64,000 bases of DNA. Origin: Yuukianura sp. NJ FZ-2021 (Eukaryota). The stretch covers positions 1,116,001 to 1,180,000 of the forward strand of contig CM102287.1 in NCBI GenBank assembly GCA_046563655.1, written 5' to 3'. The notes below the pieces were generated by a model, which saw only the letters and a program-made list of their open reading frames with translations, had not been told where the DNA came from and searched no databases. Below, piece after piece: positions 35,101-48,000 of this stretch; the stretch's first letter is position 1; every line of letters starts with the position of its first letter. A program made the translations under genes and the position numbers.

Positions 35101-38100
35101 ATGTCCAACTTTGAAAGTATACTCACATCAATTTCAAGTCGGTGAATCCGAATTTGCAATCAGATTTCACCGGAAATCCATATTTCTCGAGATACAGCCA
35201 TTTTGTGAATTTGCGGAGCAATTTAACCCCTTCAAAATTCTAGAAAAACTACCTTTCTAAATACCCAACTTTGAAAGTGTAATCACATCAATTTCAAGTC
35301 GGTGAATCCGAATTTGCAATTAGATTTCACCGGAAATCCATATTTCTCGAGATACAGCCATTTTGTGAATTTGCAGAGCAATTTAACCACCTTCAAAATT
35401 CTAGAAAAACTACCTTTCTAAATACCCAACTTTGAAAGTGTACTCACATCAATTTCAAGTCGTTGAATGAGAATTTGCAATCAGATTTCACCGGAAATCC
35501 ATATTTCTTGAGATACAGCCATTTTGTGAATTTGCAGAGCAATTTAACCCCCTTCAAAATTCTAGAAAAACTACCTTTCTAAATACCCAACTTTGAAAGT
35601 GTAATCACATCAATTTCAAGTCGGTGAATCCAAATTTGCAATTAGATTTCACCGGAAATCCATATTTCTCGAGATACAGCCATTTTGTGAATTTGCAGAC
35701 CAATTTAACCCCTTCAAAATTCTAGAAAAACTACCTTTCTAAATACCCAACTTTGAAAGTATACTCACATCAATTTCAAGTCGGTGAATCCAAATTCGCA
35801 ATTAGATTTCACCGGAAATCCATATTTCTCGAGATACAGCCATTTTGTGAATTTGCAGAGCAATTTAACCCCCTTCAAAATTCTATAAAAACTGTCTTTC
35901 TAAATACCCAACTTTGAAAGTATACTCACATCAATTTCAAGTCGGTGAATCCGAATTTGCAATCAGATTTCACCGGAAATCCATATTTCTCGAGATACAG
36001 CCATTTTGTGAATTTGCGGAGCAATTTAACCCCTACAAAATTCTACAAAAACTACCTTTCTAAATACCCAACTTTGAAAGTGTAATCACATCAATTTCAA
36101 GTCGGTGAATCCGAATTTGCAATTAGATCTCACCGGAAATCCATATTTCTCGAGATACAGCCATTTTGTGAATTTGCAGAGCAATTTAACCACCTTCAAA
36201 ATTCTAGAAAAGCTACCTTTCTAAATACCCAACTTTGAAAGTGTACTCACATCAATTTCAAGTCGGTTGAATGAGAATTTGCAATCAGATTTCACCGGAA
36301 ATCCATATTTCTCGAGATACAGCCATTTTGTGAATTTGCAGAGCAATTTAACCCCCTTCAAAATTCTAGAAAAACTACCTTTCTAAATACCCAACTTTGA
36401 AAGTGTAATCACATCAATTTCAAGTCGGTGAATCCAAATTCGCAATTAGATTTCACCGGAAATCCATATTTCTTGAGATACAGCCATTTTGTGAATTTGC
36501 AGAGCAATTTAACCCCCTTCAAAATTCTAGAAAAACTACCTTTCTAAATACCCAACTTTGAAAGTATACTCACATCAATTTCAAGTCGGTGAATCCAAAT
36601 TCGCAATTAGATTTCACCGGAAATCCATATTTCTCGAGATAACGCCATTTTGTGAATTTGCAGAGCAACTTAACCACCTTCAAAATTCTATAAAAACTGT
36701 CTTTCTAAATACCCAACTTTGAAAGTATACTCACATCAATTTCAAGTCGGTGAATCCGAATTTGCAATCAGATTTCACCGGAAATCCATATTTCTCGAGA
36801 TACAGCCATTTTGTGAATTTGCGGAGCAATTTAACCCCCTTCAAAATTCTAGAAAAACTACCTTTTTAAATGTCCAACTTTGAAAGTATACTCACATCAA
36901 TTTCAAGTCGGTGAATCCGAATTGGCAATTAGATTTCACCGGCAATCCATATTTCTCGAGATACAGCCATTTTGTGAATTTGCAGAGGAATTTTACCCCA
37001 TACAAAATTCTAGAAAAACTACCTTTTTAAATGTCCACCTTTGAAAGTATACTCACATCAATTTCAAGTCGGTGAATCCGAATTTGCAATTAGATTTCAC
37101 CGGAAATCCATATTTCTCGAGATACAGCCATTTTGTGAATTTGCGGAGCAATTTAACCCCCTTCAAAATTCTAGAAAAACTACCTTTTTAAATGTCCAAC
37201 TTTGAAAGTATACTCACATCAATTTCAAGTCGGTGAATCCGAATTTGCAATCAGATTTCACCGGAAATCCATATTTCTCGAGATACAGCCATTTTGTGAA
37301 TTTGCGGAGCAATTTAACCCCTTCAAAATTCTAGAAAAACACCTTTCTAAATACCCAACTTTGAAAGTGTAATCACATCAATTTCAAGTCGGTGAATCCG
37401 AATTTGCAATTAGATCTCACCGGAAATCCATATTTCTCGAGATACAGCCATTTTGTGAATTTGCAGAGCAATTTAACCACCTTCAAAATTCTAGAAAAGC
37501 TACCTTTCTAAATACCCAACTTTGAAAGTGTACTCACATCAATTTCAAGTCGTTGAATGAGAATTTGCAATCAGATTTCACCGGAAATCCATATTTCTAG
37601 AGATACAGCCATTTTGTGAATTTGCAGAGCAATTTAACCCCTTCAAAATTCTAGAAAAACTACCTTTCTAAATACCCAACTTTGAAAGTGTAATCACATC
37701 AATTTCAAGTCGGTGAATCCAAATTCGCAATTAGATTTCACCGGAAATCCATATTTCTCGAGATACAGCCATTTTGTGAATTTGCAGAGCAATTTAACCC
37801 CCTTCAAAATTCTAGAAAAACTACCTTTCTAAATACCCAACTTTGAAAGTATACTCACATCAATTTCAAGTCGGTGAATCCAAATTCGCAATTAGATTTC
37901 ACCGGAAATCCATATTTCTCGAGATAACGCCATTTTGTGAATTTGCAGAGCAATTTAACCCCCTTCAAAATTCTATAAAAACTGTCTTTCTAAATACCCA
38001 ACTTTGAAAGTATACTCACATCAATTTCAAGTCGGTGAATCCGAATTTGCAATCAGATTTCACCGGAAATCCATATTTCTCGAGATACAGCCATTTTGTG

Positions 38101-38763
38101 AATTTGCGGAGCAATTTAACCCCCTTCAAAATTCTAGAAAAACACCTTTCTAAATACCCAACTTTGAAAGTGTAATCACATCAATTTCAAGTCGGTGAAT
38201 CCGAATTTGCAATTAGATCTCACCGGAAATCCATATTTCTCGAGATACAGCCATTTTGTGAATTTGCAGAGCAATTTAACCCCCTTCAAAATTCTATAAA
38301 AACTGTCTTTCTAAATACCCAACTTTGAAAGTATACTCACATCAATTTCAAGTCGGTGAATCCGAATTTGCAATCAGATTTCACCGGAAATCCATATTTC
38401 TCGAGATACAGCCATTTTGTGAATTTGCAGAGCAATTTAACCCCCTTCAAAATTCTTGAAAAACTACCTGTCTAAATACCCACCTTTGAAAGTGTACTCA
38501 CATCAATTTTAAGTCGGTGAATCCGAATTTGCAATTAGATTTCACCGGCAATCCATATTTCTCGAGATACAGCCATTTTGTGAATTTGCAGAGCAATTAC
38601 CCCCCTTCAAAATTCTAGAAAAACTACCTTTCTAAATACCCAGCTTTGAAAGTATACTCACATCAATTTCAAGTCGGTGAATACCCAACTTTGAAAGTAT
38701 ACTCGTAATTTCAAGTCGGTGAATCCGAATTTTCAATCAGATTTCACCAAAATCCATATTTCT
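20105..38763. repeat. Satellite DNA, ~160-161 bp monomer, ~116 copies
   Basis: TGTGAATTTGCAGAGCAATTTAACCCCCTTCAAAATTCTAG recurs at 20105, 20266, 20427 and onward to the gap. Confidence 0.98.
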
Positions 38764-38863
38764 NNNNNNNNNNNNNNNNNNNNNNNNNNNNNNNNNNNNN
38801 NNNNNNNNNNNNNNNNNNNNNNNNNNNNNNNNNNNNNNNNNNNNNNNNNNNNNNNNNNNNNNN
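38764..38863. other. Assembly gap (100 N)
   Basis: Run of exactly 100 N, a placeholder of unknown true size. Confidence 0.99.
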
Positions 38864-39046
38864 AAGCTACAAGTGCCTGTTCTGACAAGAGAAACGACTT
38901 TAGGCCGTTGCTCAGGGTGCTCGTGCTTCAGCTTAAGCTAATAAAACTTTTGACACGTAAGAAATGTTTCTGTAACAAGCTAGCGTGAACGCTGTGTAGA
39001 AACACTGAGGAGTTAGTTCGAACACGGTACGGTATATATTGCGATT

Positions 39047-42000
39047 ATTTAATTGCGATATATCCACGATAATTAAACTTGGGTTCCTGTAGTACTTTTC
39101 AGGAGGATTTCAGAAAAGTAACTCATTTTCACGCGGCATCGCTACGCGTGGAAGTTTTTCGAATGATTTGTTTCGAAACAAATTTTCCTAAAATAAAGTC
39201 ACGAGATGAGGGACGACACAGCAAGTGATAGTGGGTTCCTGTAGCCCTTTTTATGAGGGTTTCAAAAATACAGTTGACTATTACCCAGCATCGTTCCGGA
39301 ATGCATTTCTTTTGAATTCTTCGTTTTGAAAAATGAATTTTCACAAATAAAGGTTACAAGATGAGGGACGACACAGCAAGTGAAAGTGGGTTCCTGTAGC
39401 ACTTTTTATGAGGATTTCAAAAATGTAATTTACTTTCTGTTCATTCTCACATTTGCATGTTCATTCTCACAAATTTAAGTCGTTTTGCGTCAAAATGGTG
39501 CTCGACATTGCCCTGGGTGGCGCACACCAACCCAAGATAAAATCCGAGGCAGAGCGGTTCATCCAGACTTTTAAGTACACGCTAACCGGATTTAATTGCG
39601 ATATATCCACGATAATTAAACTTGGGTTCCTGTAGTACTTTTCAGGAGGATTTCAGAAAAGTAACTCATTTTCACGCGGCATCGCTACGCGTGGAAGTTT
39701 TTCGAATGATTTGTTTCGAAACAAATTTTCCTAAAATAAAGTCACGAGATGAGGGACGACACAGCAAGTGATAGTGGGTTCCTGTAGCCCTTTTTATGAG
39801 GGTTTCAAAAATACAGTTGACTATTACCCAGCATCGTTCCGGAATGCATTTCTTTTGAATTCTTTGTTTTGAAAAATGAATTTTCACAAATAAAGGTTAC
39901 AAGATGAGGGACGACACAGCAAGTGAAAGTGGGTTCCTGTAGCACTTTTTATGAGAATTTCAAAAATGTAATTTACTTTCTGTTCATTCTCACATTTGCA
40001 TGTTCATTCTCACAAATTTAAGTCGTTTTGCGTCAAAATGGTGCTCGACATTGCCCTGGGTGGCGCACACCAACCCAAGATAAAATCCGAGGCAGAGCGG
40101 TTCATCCAGACTTTTAAGTACACGCTAACCGGATTTAATTGCGATATATCCACGATAATTAAACTTGGGTTCCCGTAGTACTTTTCAGGAGGATTTCAGA
40201 AAAGTAACTCATTTTCACGCGGCATCGCTACGCGTGGAAGTTTTTCGAATGATTTGTTTTGAAACAAATTTTCCTAAAATAAAGTCACGAGATGAGGGAC
40301 AACACAGCAAGTGAAAGTGGGTTCCTGTAGCCCTTTTTATGAGGATTTCAAAAATATAGTTGACTTTTACCCAGCATCGTTCCGGAATGCATTTCTTTTG
40401 AATTCTTTGTTTTGAAACATGAATTTTCATAAATAAAGGTAACAAGATGACTGACGACACAGCAAGTGAAAGTGGGTTCCTGTAGCACTTTTTATGAGGA
40501 TTTCAAAAATGTAATTTACTTTCTGTTCATTCTCACATTTGCATGTTCATTCTCACAAATTTAAGTCGTTTTGCGTCAAAATGGTGCTCGGCATTCCCCT
40601 GGGTGCCGTATTCCAACCCCAGATAAAATTCGAGGCGGAGCGATTTATCCCGACTTTTAAGTCCGCCCTATCCAGATTTAATGGCGATCTATCCACACCA
40701 ATGAAACTTGGGGTCCTGCAGTACGTTTCATAAGGATTTCAGAAAACTAACTCATTGTCACCCGGCATCGTTCCGCGCGGAGGTTTATCGAATGTTTTGT
40801 TTTGAAACAAATTTTCATAAATAAAAGTAACGAGATGAGGGACGACACAGCAAGTGAAAGTGGGTTCCTGTAGCACTTTTTATGAGGATTTCAAAAATGT
40901 TGTTGCCTTTTACCCAGCATCGTTCCGGAATGCATTTCTTTTGAATTCTCTGCTTTGACACATGAATTTTCATAAATAAAGGTAACAAGATGAGGGACGA
41001 CACAGCAAGTGAAAGTGGGTTCCTGTAGCACTTTTTATGAGGATTTCAAAAATGTTGTTGCCTTTTACCCAGCATCGTTCCGGAATGCATTTCTTTTGAA
41101 TTCTATGCTTTGAAACATGAATTTTCATAAATAAAGGTAACAAGATGAGGGACGACACAGCAAGTGAAAGTGGGTTCCTGTAGCACTTTTTATGAGGATT
41201 TCAAAAATGTAGTTGACTTTTACCCAGCATCGTTCCGGAATGCATTTCTTTTGAATTCTCTGTTTTGAAACATGAATTTTCATAAATAAAGGTAACAAGA
41301 TGAGGGACGACACAGCAAGTGAAAGTGGGTTCCTGTAGCACTTTTTATGAGGATTTCAAAAATGTAATTTACTTTCTGTTCATTCTCACATTTGCATGTT
41401 CATTCTCACAAATTTAAGTCGTTTTGCGTCAAAATGGTGCTCGGCATTCCCCTGGGTGCCGTATTCCAACCCCAGATAAAATTCGAGGCGGAGCGATTTA
41501 TCCCGACTTTTAAGTCCGCCCTATCCAGATTTAATGGCGATCTATCCACACCAATGAAACTTATGGTCCTGCAGTACGTTTCATAAGGATTTCAGAAAAC
41601 TAACTCATTTTCACCCGGCATCGTTCCGCGCGGAGGTTTTTCGAATGTTTTGTTTTGAAACAAATTTTCATAAATAAAAGTAACGAGATGAGGGACGACA
41701 CAGCAAGTGAAAGTGGGTTCCTGTAGCACTTTTTATGAGGATTTCAAAAATGTTGTTGCCTTTTACCCAGCATCGTTCCGGAATGCATTTCTTTTGAATT
41801 CTCTGCTTTGAAACATGAATTTTCATAAATAAAGGTAACAAGATGAGGGACCACACAGCAAGTGAAAGTGGGTTCCTGTAGCACTTTTTATGAGGATTTC
41901 AAAAATGTAGTTGACTTTTACCCAGCATCGTTCCGGAATGCATTTCTTTTGAATTCTCTGTTTTGAAACATGAATTTTCATAAATAAAGGTAACAAGATG

Positions 42001-45000
42001 AGGGACGACACAGCAAGTGAAAGTGGGTTCCTGTAGCCCTTTTTATGAGGATTTCAAAAATATAATTTACTTTCTGTTCATTCTCACATTTGCATGTTCA
42101 TTCTCACAAATTTAAGTCGTTTTGCGTCAAAATGGTGCTCGGCATTCCCCTGGGTGCCGTATTCCAACCCCAGATAAAATTCGAGGCGGAGCGATTTATC
42201 CCGACTTTTAAGTCCGCCCTATCCAGATTTAATGGCGATCTATCCACACCAATGAAACTTGGGGTCCTGCAGTACGTTTCATAAGGATTTCAGAAAACTA
42301 ACTCATTTTCACCCGGCATCGTTCCGCGCGGAGGTTTTTCGAATGTTTTGTTTTGAAACAAATTTTCATAAATAAAAGTAACGAGATGAGGGACGACACA
42401 GCAAGTGAAAGTGGGTTCCTGTAGCACTTTTTATGAGGATTTCAAATATGTAGTTGACTTTTACCCAGCATCGTTCCGGAATGCATTTCTTTTGAATTCT
42501 CTGTTTTGAAACATGAATTTTCATAAATAAAGGTAACAAGATGAGGGACGACACAGCAAGTGAAAGTGGGTTCCTGTAGCACTTTTTATGAGGATTTCAA
42601 AAATGTAATTTACTTTCTGTTCATTCTCACATTTGCATGTTCATTCTCACAAATTTAAGTCGTTTTGCGTCAAAATGGTGCTCGGCATTCCCCTGGGTGC
42701 CGTATTCCAACCCCAGATAAAATTCGAGGCGGAGCGATTTATCCCGACTTTTAAGTCCGCCCTATCCAGATTTAATGGCGATCTATCCACACCAATGAAA
42801 CTTATGGTCCTGCAGTACGTTTCATAAGGATTTCAGAAAACTAACTCATTTTCACCCGGCATCGTTCCGCGCGGAGGTTTTTCGAATGTTTTGTTTTGAA
42901 ACAAATTTTCATAAATAAAAGTAACGAGATGAGGGACGACACAGCAAGTGAAAGTGGGTTCCTGTAGCACTTTTTATGAGGATTTCAAAAATGTTGTTGC
43001 CTTTTACCCAGCATCGTTCCGGAATGCATTTCTTTTGAATTCTCTGCTTTGAAACATGAATTTTCATAAATAAAGGTAACAAGATGAGGGACGACACAGC
43101 AAGTGAAAGTGGGTTCCTGTAGCACTTTTTATGAGGATTTCAAAAATGTAGTTGACTTTTACCCAGCATCGTTCCGGAATGCATTTCTTTTGAATTCTCT
43201 GTTTTGAAACATGAATTTTCATAAATAAAGGTAACAAGATGAGGGACGACACAGCAAGTGAAAGTGGGTTCCTGTAGCCCTTTTTATGAGGATTTCAAAA
43301 ATATAATTTACTTTCTGTTCATTCTCACATTTGCATGTTCATTCTCACAAATTTAAGTCGTTTTGCGTCAAAATGGTGCTCGGCATTCCCCTGGGTGCCG
43401 TATTCCAACCCCAGATAAAATTCGAGGCGGAGCGATTTATCCCGACTTTTAAGTCCGCCCTATCCAGATTTAATGGCGATCTATCCACACCAATGAAACT
43501 TGGGGTCCTGCAGTACGTTTCATAAGGATTTCAGAAAACTAACTCATTTTCACCCGGCATCGTTCCGCGCGGAGGTTTTTCGAATGTTTTGTTTTGAAAC
43601 AAATTTTCATAAATAAAAGTAACGAGATGAGGGACGACACAGCAAGTGAAAGTGGGTTCCTGTAGCACTTTTTATGAGGATTTCAAAAATGTTGTTGCCT
43701 TTTACCCAGCATCGTTCCGGAATGCATTTCTTTTGAATTCTCTGCTTTGACACATGAATTTTCATAAATAAAGGTAACAAGATGAGGGACGACACAGCAA
43801 GTGAAAGTGGGTTCCTGTAGCACTTTTTATGAGGATTTCAAAAATGTAGTTGACTTTTACCCAGCATCGTTCCGGAATGCATTTCTTTTGAATTCTCTGT
43901 TTTGAAACATGAATTTTCATAAATAAAGGTAACAAGATGAGGGACGACACAGCAAGTGAAAGTGGGTTCCTGTAGCCCTTTTTATGAGGATTTCAAAAAT
44001 ATAATTTACTTTCTGTTCATTCTCACATTTGCATGTTCATTCTCACAAATTTAAGTCGTTTTGCGTCAAAATGGTGCTCGGCATTCCCCTGGGTGCCGTA
44101 TTCCAACCCCAGATAAAATTCGAGGCGGAGCGATTTATCCCGACTTTTAAGTCCGCCCTATCCAGATTTAATGGCGATCTATCCACACCAATGAAACTTG
44201 GGGTCCTGCAGTACGTTTCATAAGGATTTCAGAAAACTAACTCATTTTCACCCGGCATCGTTCCGCGCGGAGGTTTTTCGAATGTTTTGTTTTGAAACAA
44301 ATTTTCATAAATAAAAGTAACGAGATGAGGGACGACACAGCAAGTGAAAGTGGGTTCCTGTAGCACTTTTTATGAGGATTTCAAAAATGTTGTTGCCTTT
44401 TACCCAGCATCGTTCCGGAATGCATTTCTTTTGAATTCTCTGCTTTGACACATGAATTTTCATAAATAAAGGTAACAAGATGAGGGACGACACAGCAAGT
44501 GAAAGTGGGTTCCTGTAGCACTTTTTATGAGGATTTCAAAAATGTAATTTACTTTCTGTTCATTCTCACATTTGCATGTTCATTCTCACAAATTTAAGTC
44601 GTTTTGCGTCAAAATGGTGCTCGGCATTCCCCTGGGTGCCGTATTCCAACCCCAGATAAAATTCGAGGCGGAGCGATTTATCCCGACTTTTAAGTCCGCC
44701 CTATCCAGATTTAATGGCGATCTATCCACACCAATGAAACTTATGGTCCTGCAGTACGTTTCATAAGGATTTCAGAAAACTAACTCATTTTCACCCGGCA
44801 TCGTTCCGCGCGGAGGTTTTTCGAATGTTTTGTTTTGAAACAAATTTTCATAAATAAAAGTAACGAGATGAGGGACGACACAGCAAGTGAAAGTGGGTTC
44901 CTGTAGCACTTTTTATGAGGATTTCAAAAATGTTGTTGCCTTTTACCCAGCATCGTTCCGGAATGCATTTCTTTTGAATTCTCTGCTTTGAAACATGAAT

Positions 45001-48000
45001 TTTCATAAATAAAGGTAACAAGATGAGGGACGACACAGCAAGTGAAAGTGGGTTCCTGTAGCACTTTTTATGAGGATTTCAAAAATGTAGTTGACTTTTA
45101 CCCAGCATCGTTCCGGAATGCATTTCTTTTGAATTCTCTGTTTTGAAACATGAATTTTCATAAATAAAGGTAACAAGATGAGGGACGACACAGCAAGTGA
45201 AAGTGGGTTCCTGTAGCCCTTTTTATGAGGATTTCAAAAATATAATTTACTTTCTGTTCATTCTCACATTTGCATGTTCATTCTCACAAATTTAAGTCGT
45301 TTTGCGTCAAAATGGTGCTCGGCATTCCCCTGGGTGCCGTATTCCAACCCCAGATAAAATTCGAGGCGGAGCGATTTATCCCGACTTTTAAGTCCGCCCT
45401 ATCCAGATTTAATGGCGATCTATCCACACCAATGAAACTTGGGGTCCTGCAGTACGTTTCATAAGGATTTCAGAAAACTAACTCATTTTCACCCGGCATC
45501 GTTCCGCGCGGAGGTTTTTCGAATGTTTTGTTTTGAAACAAATTTTCATAAATAAAAGTAACGAGATGAGGGACGACACAGCAAGTGAAAGTGGGTTCCT
45601 GTAGCACTTTTTATGAGGATTTCAAAAATGTTGTTGCCTTTTACCCAGCATCGTTCCGGAATGCATTTCTTTTGAATTCTCTGCTTTGACACATGAATTT
45701 TCATAAATAAAGGTAACAAGATGAGGGACGACACAGCAAGTGAAAGTGGGTTCCTGTAGCACTTTTTATGAGGATTTCAAAAATGTAGTTGACTTTTACC
45801 CAGCATCGTTCCGGAATGCATTTCTTTTGAATTCTCTGTTTTGAAACATGAATTTTCATAAATAAAGGTAACAAGATGAGGGACGACACAGCAAGTGAAA
45901 GTGGGTTCCTGTAGCCCTTTTTATGAGGATTTCAAAAATATAATTTACTTTCTGTTCATTCTCACATTTGCATGTTCATTCTCACAAATTTAAGTCGTTT
46001 TGCGTCAAAATGGTGCTCGGCATTCCCCTGGGTGCCGTATTCCAACCCCAGATAAAATTCGAGGCGGAGCGATTTATCCCGACTTTTAAGTCCGCCCTAT
46101 CCAGATTTAATGGCGATCTATCCACACCAATGAAACTTGGGGTCCTGCAGTACGTTTCATAAGGATTTCAGAAAACTAACTCATTTTCACCCGGCATCGT
46201 TCCGCGCGGAGGTTTTTCGAATGTTTTGTTTTGAAACAAATTTTCATAAATAAAAGTAACGAGATGAGGGACGACACAGCAAGTGAAAGTGGGTTCCTGT
46301 AGCACTTTTTATGAGGATTTCAAAAATGTTGTTGCCTTTTACCCAGCATCGTTCCGGAATGCATTTCTTTTGAATTCTCTGCTTTGACACATGAATTTTC
46401 ATAAATAAAGGTAACAAGATGAGGGACGACACAGCAAGTGAAAGTGGGTTCCTGTAGCACTTTTTATGAGGATTTCAAAAATGTAGTTGACTTTTACCCA
46501 GCATCGTTCCGGAATGCATTTCTTTTGAATTCTCTGTTTTGAAACATGAATTTTCATAAATAAAGGTAACAAGATGAGGGACGACACAGCAAGTGAAAGT
46601 GGGTTCCTGTAGCACTTTTTATGAGGATTTCAAAAATGTAATTTACTTTCTGTTCATTCTCACATTTGCATGTTCATTCTCACAAATTTAAGTCGTTTTG
46701 CGTCAAAATGGTGCTCGGCATTCCCCTGGGTGCCGTATTCCAACCCCAGATAAAATTCGAGGCGGAGCGATTTATCCCGACTTTTAAGTCCGCCCTATCC
46801 AGATTTAATGGCGATCTATCCACACCAATGAAACTTGGGGTCCTGCAGTACGTTTCATAAGGATTTCAGAAAACTAACTCATTTTCACCCGGCATCGTTC
46901 CGCGCGGAGGTTTTTCGAATGTTTTGTTTTGAAACAAATTTTCATAAATAAAAGTAACGAGATGAGGGACGACACAGCAAGTGAAAGTGGGTTCCTGTAG
47001 CACTTTTTATGAGGATTTCAAAAATGTTGTTGCCTTTTACCCAGCATCGTTCCGGAATGCATTTCTTTTGAATTCTCTGTTTTGAAACATGAATTTTCAT
47101 AAATAAAGGTAACAAGATGAGGGACGACACAGCAAGTGAAAGTGGGTTCCTGTAGCACTTTTTATGAGGATTTCAAAAATGTAATTTACTTTCTGTTCAT
47201 TCTCACATTTGCATGTTCATTCTCACAAATTTAAGTCGTTTTGCGTCAAAATGGTGCTCGGCATTCCCCTGGGTGCCGTATTCCAACCCCAGATAAAATT
47301 CGAGGCGGAGCGATTTATCCCGACTTTTAAGTCCGCCCTATCCAGATTTAATGGCGATCTATCCACACCAATGAAACTTGGGGTCCTGCAGTACGTTTCA
47401 TAAGGATTTCAGAAAACTAACTCATTTTCACCCGGCATCGTTCCGCGCGGAGGTTTTTCGAATGTTTTGTTTTGAAACAAATTTTCATAAATAAAAGTAA
47501 CGAGATGAGGGACGACACAGCAAGTGAAAGTGGGTTCCTGTAGCACTTTTTATGAGGATTTCAAAAATGTTGTTGCCTTTTACCCAGCATCGTTCCGGAA
47601 TGCATTTCTTTTGAATTCTCTGCTTTGAAACATGAATTTTCATAAATAAAGGTAACAAGATGAGGGACGACACAGCAAGTGAAAGTGGGTTCCTGTAGCA
47701 CTTTTTATGAGGATTTCAAAAATGTAGTTGACTTTTACCCAGCATCGTTCCGGAATGCATTTCTTTTGAATTCTCTGTTTTGAAACATGAATTTTCATAA
47801 ATAAAGGTAACAAGATGAGGGACGACACAGCAAGTGAAAGTGGGTTCCTGTAGCCCTTTTTATGAGGATTTCAAAAATATAATTTACTTTCTGTTCATTC
47901 TCACATTTGCATGTTCATTCTCACAAATTTAAGTCGTTTTGCGTCAAAATGGTGCTCGGCATTCCCCTGGGTGCCGTATTCCAACCCCAGATAAAATTCG

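Noticed and set aside
38719..39046. ORF spanning the N gap and the short unique sequence after it
   Set aside because: The ORF is an artefact of the gap, and the ~180 bp unique stretch has no recognisable features.
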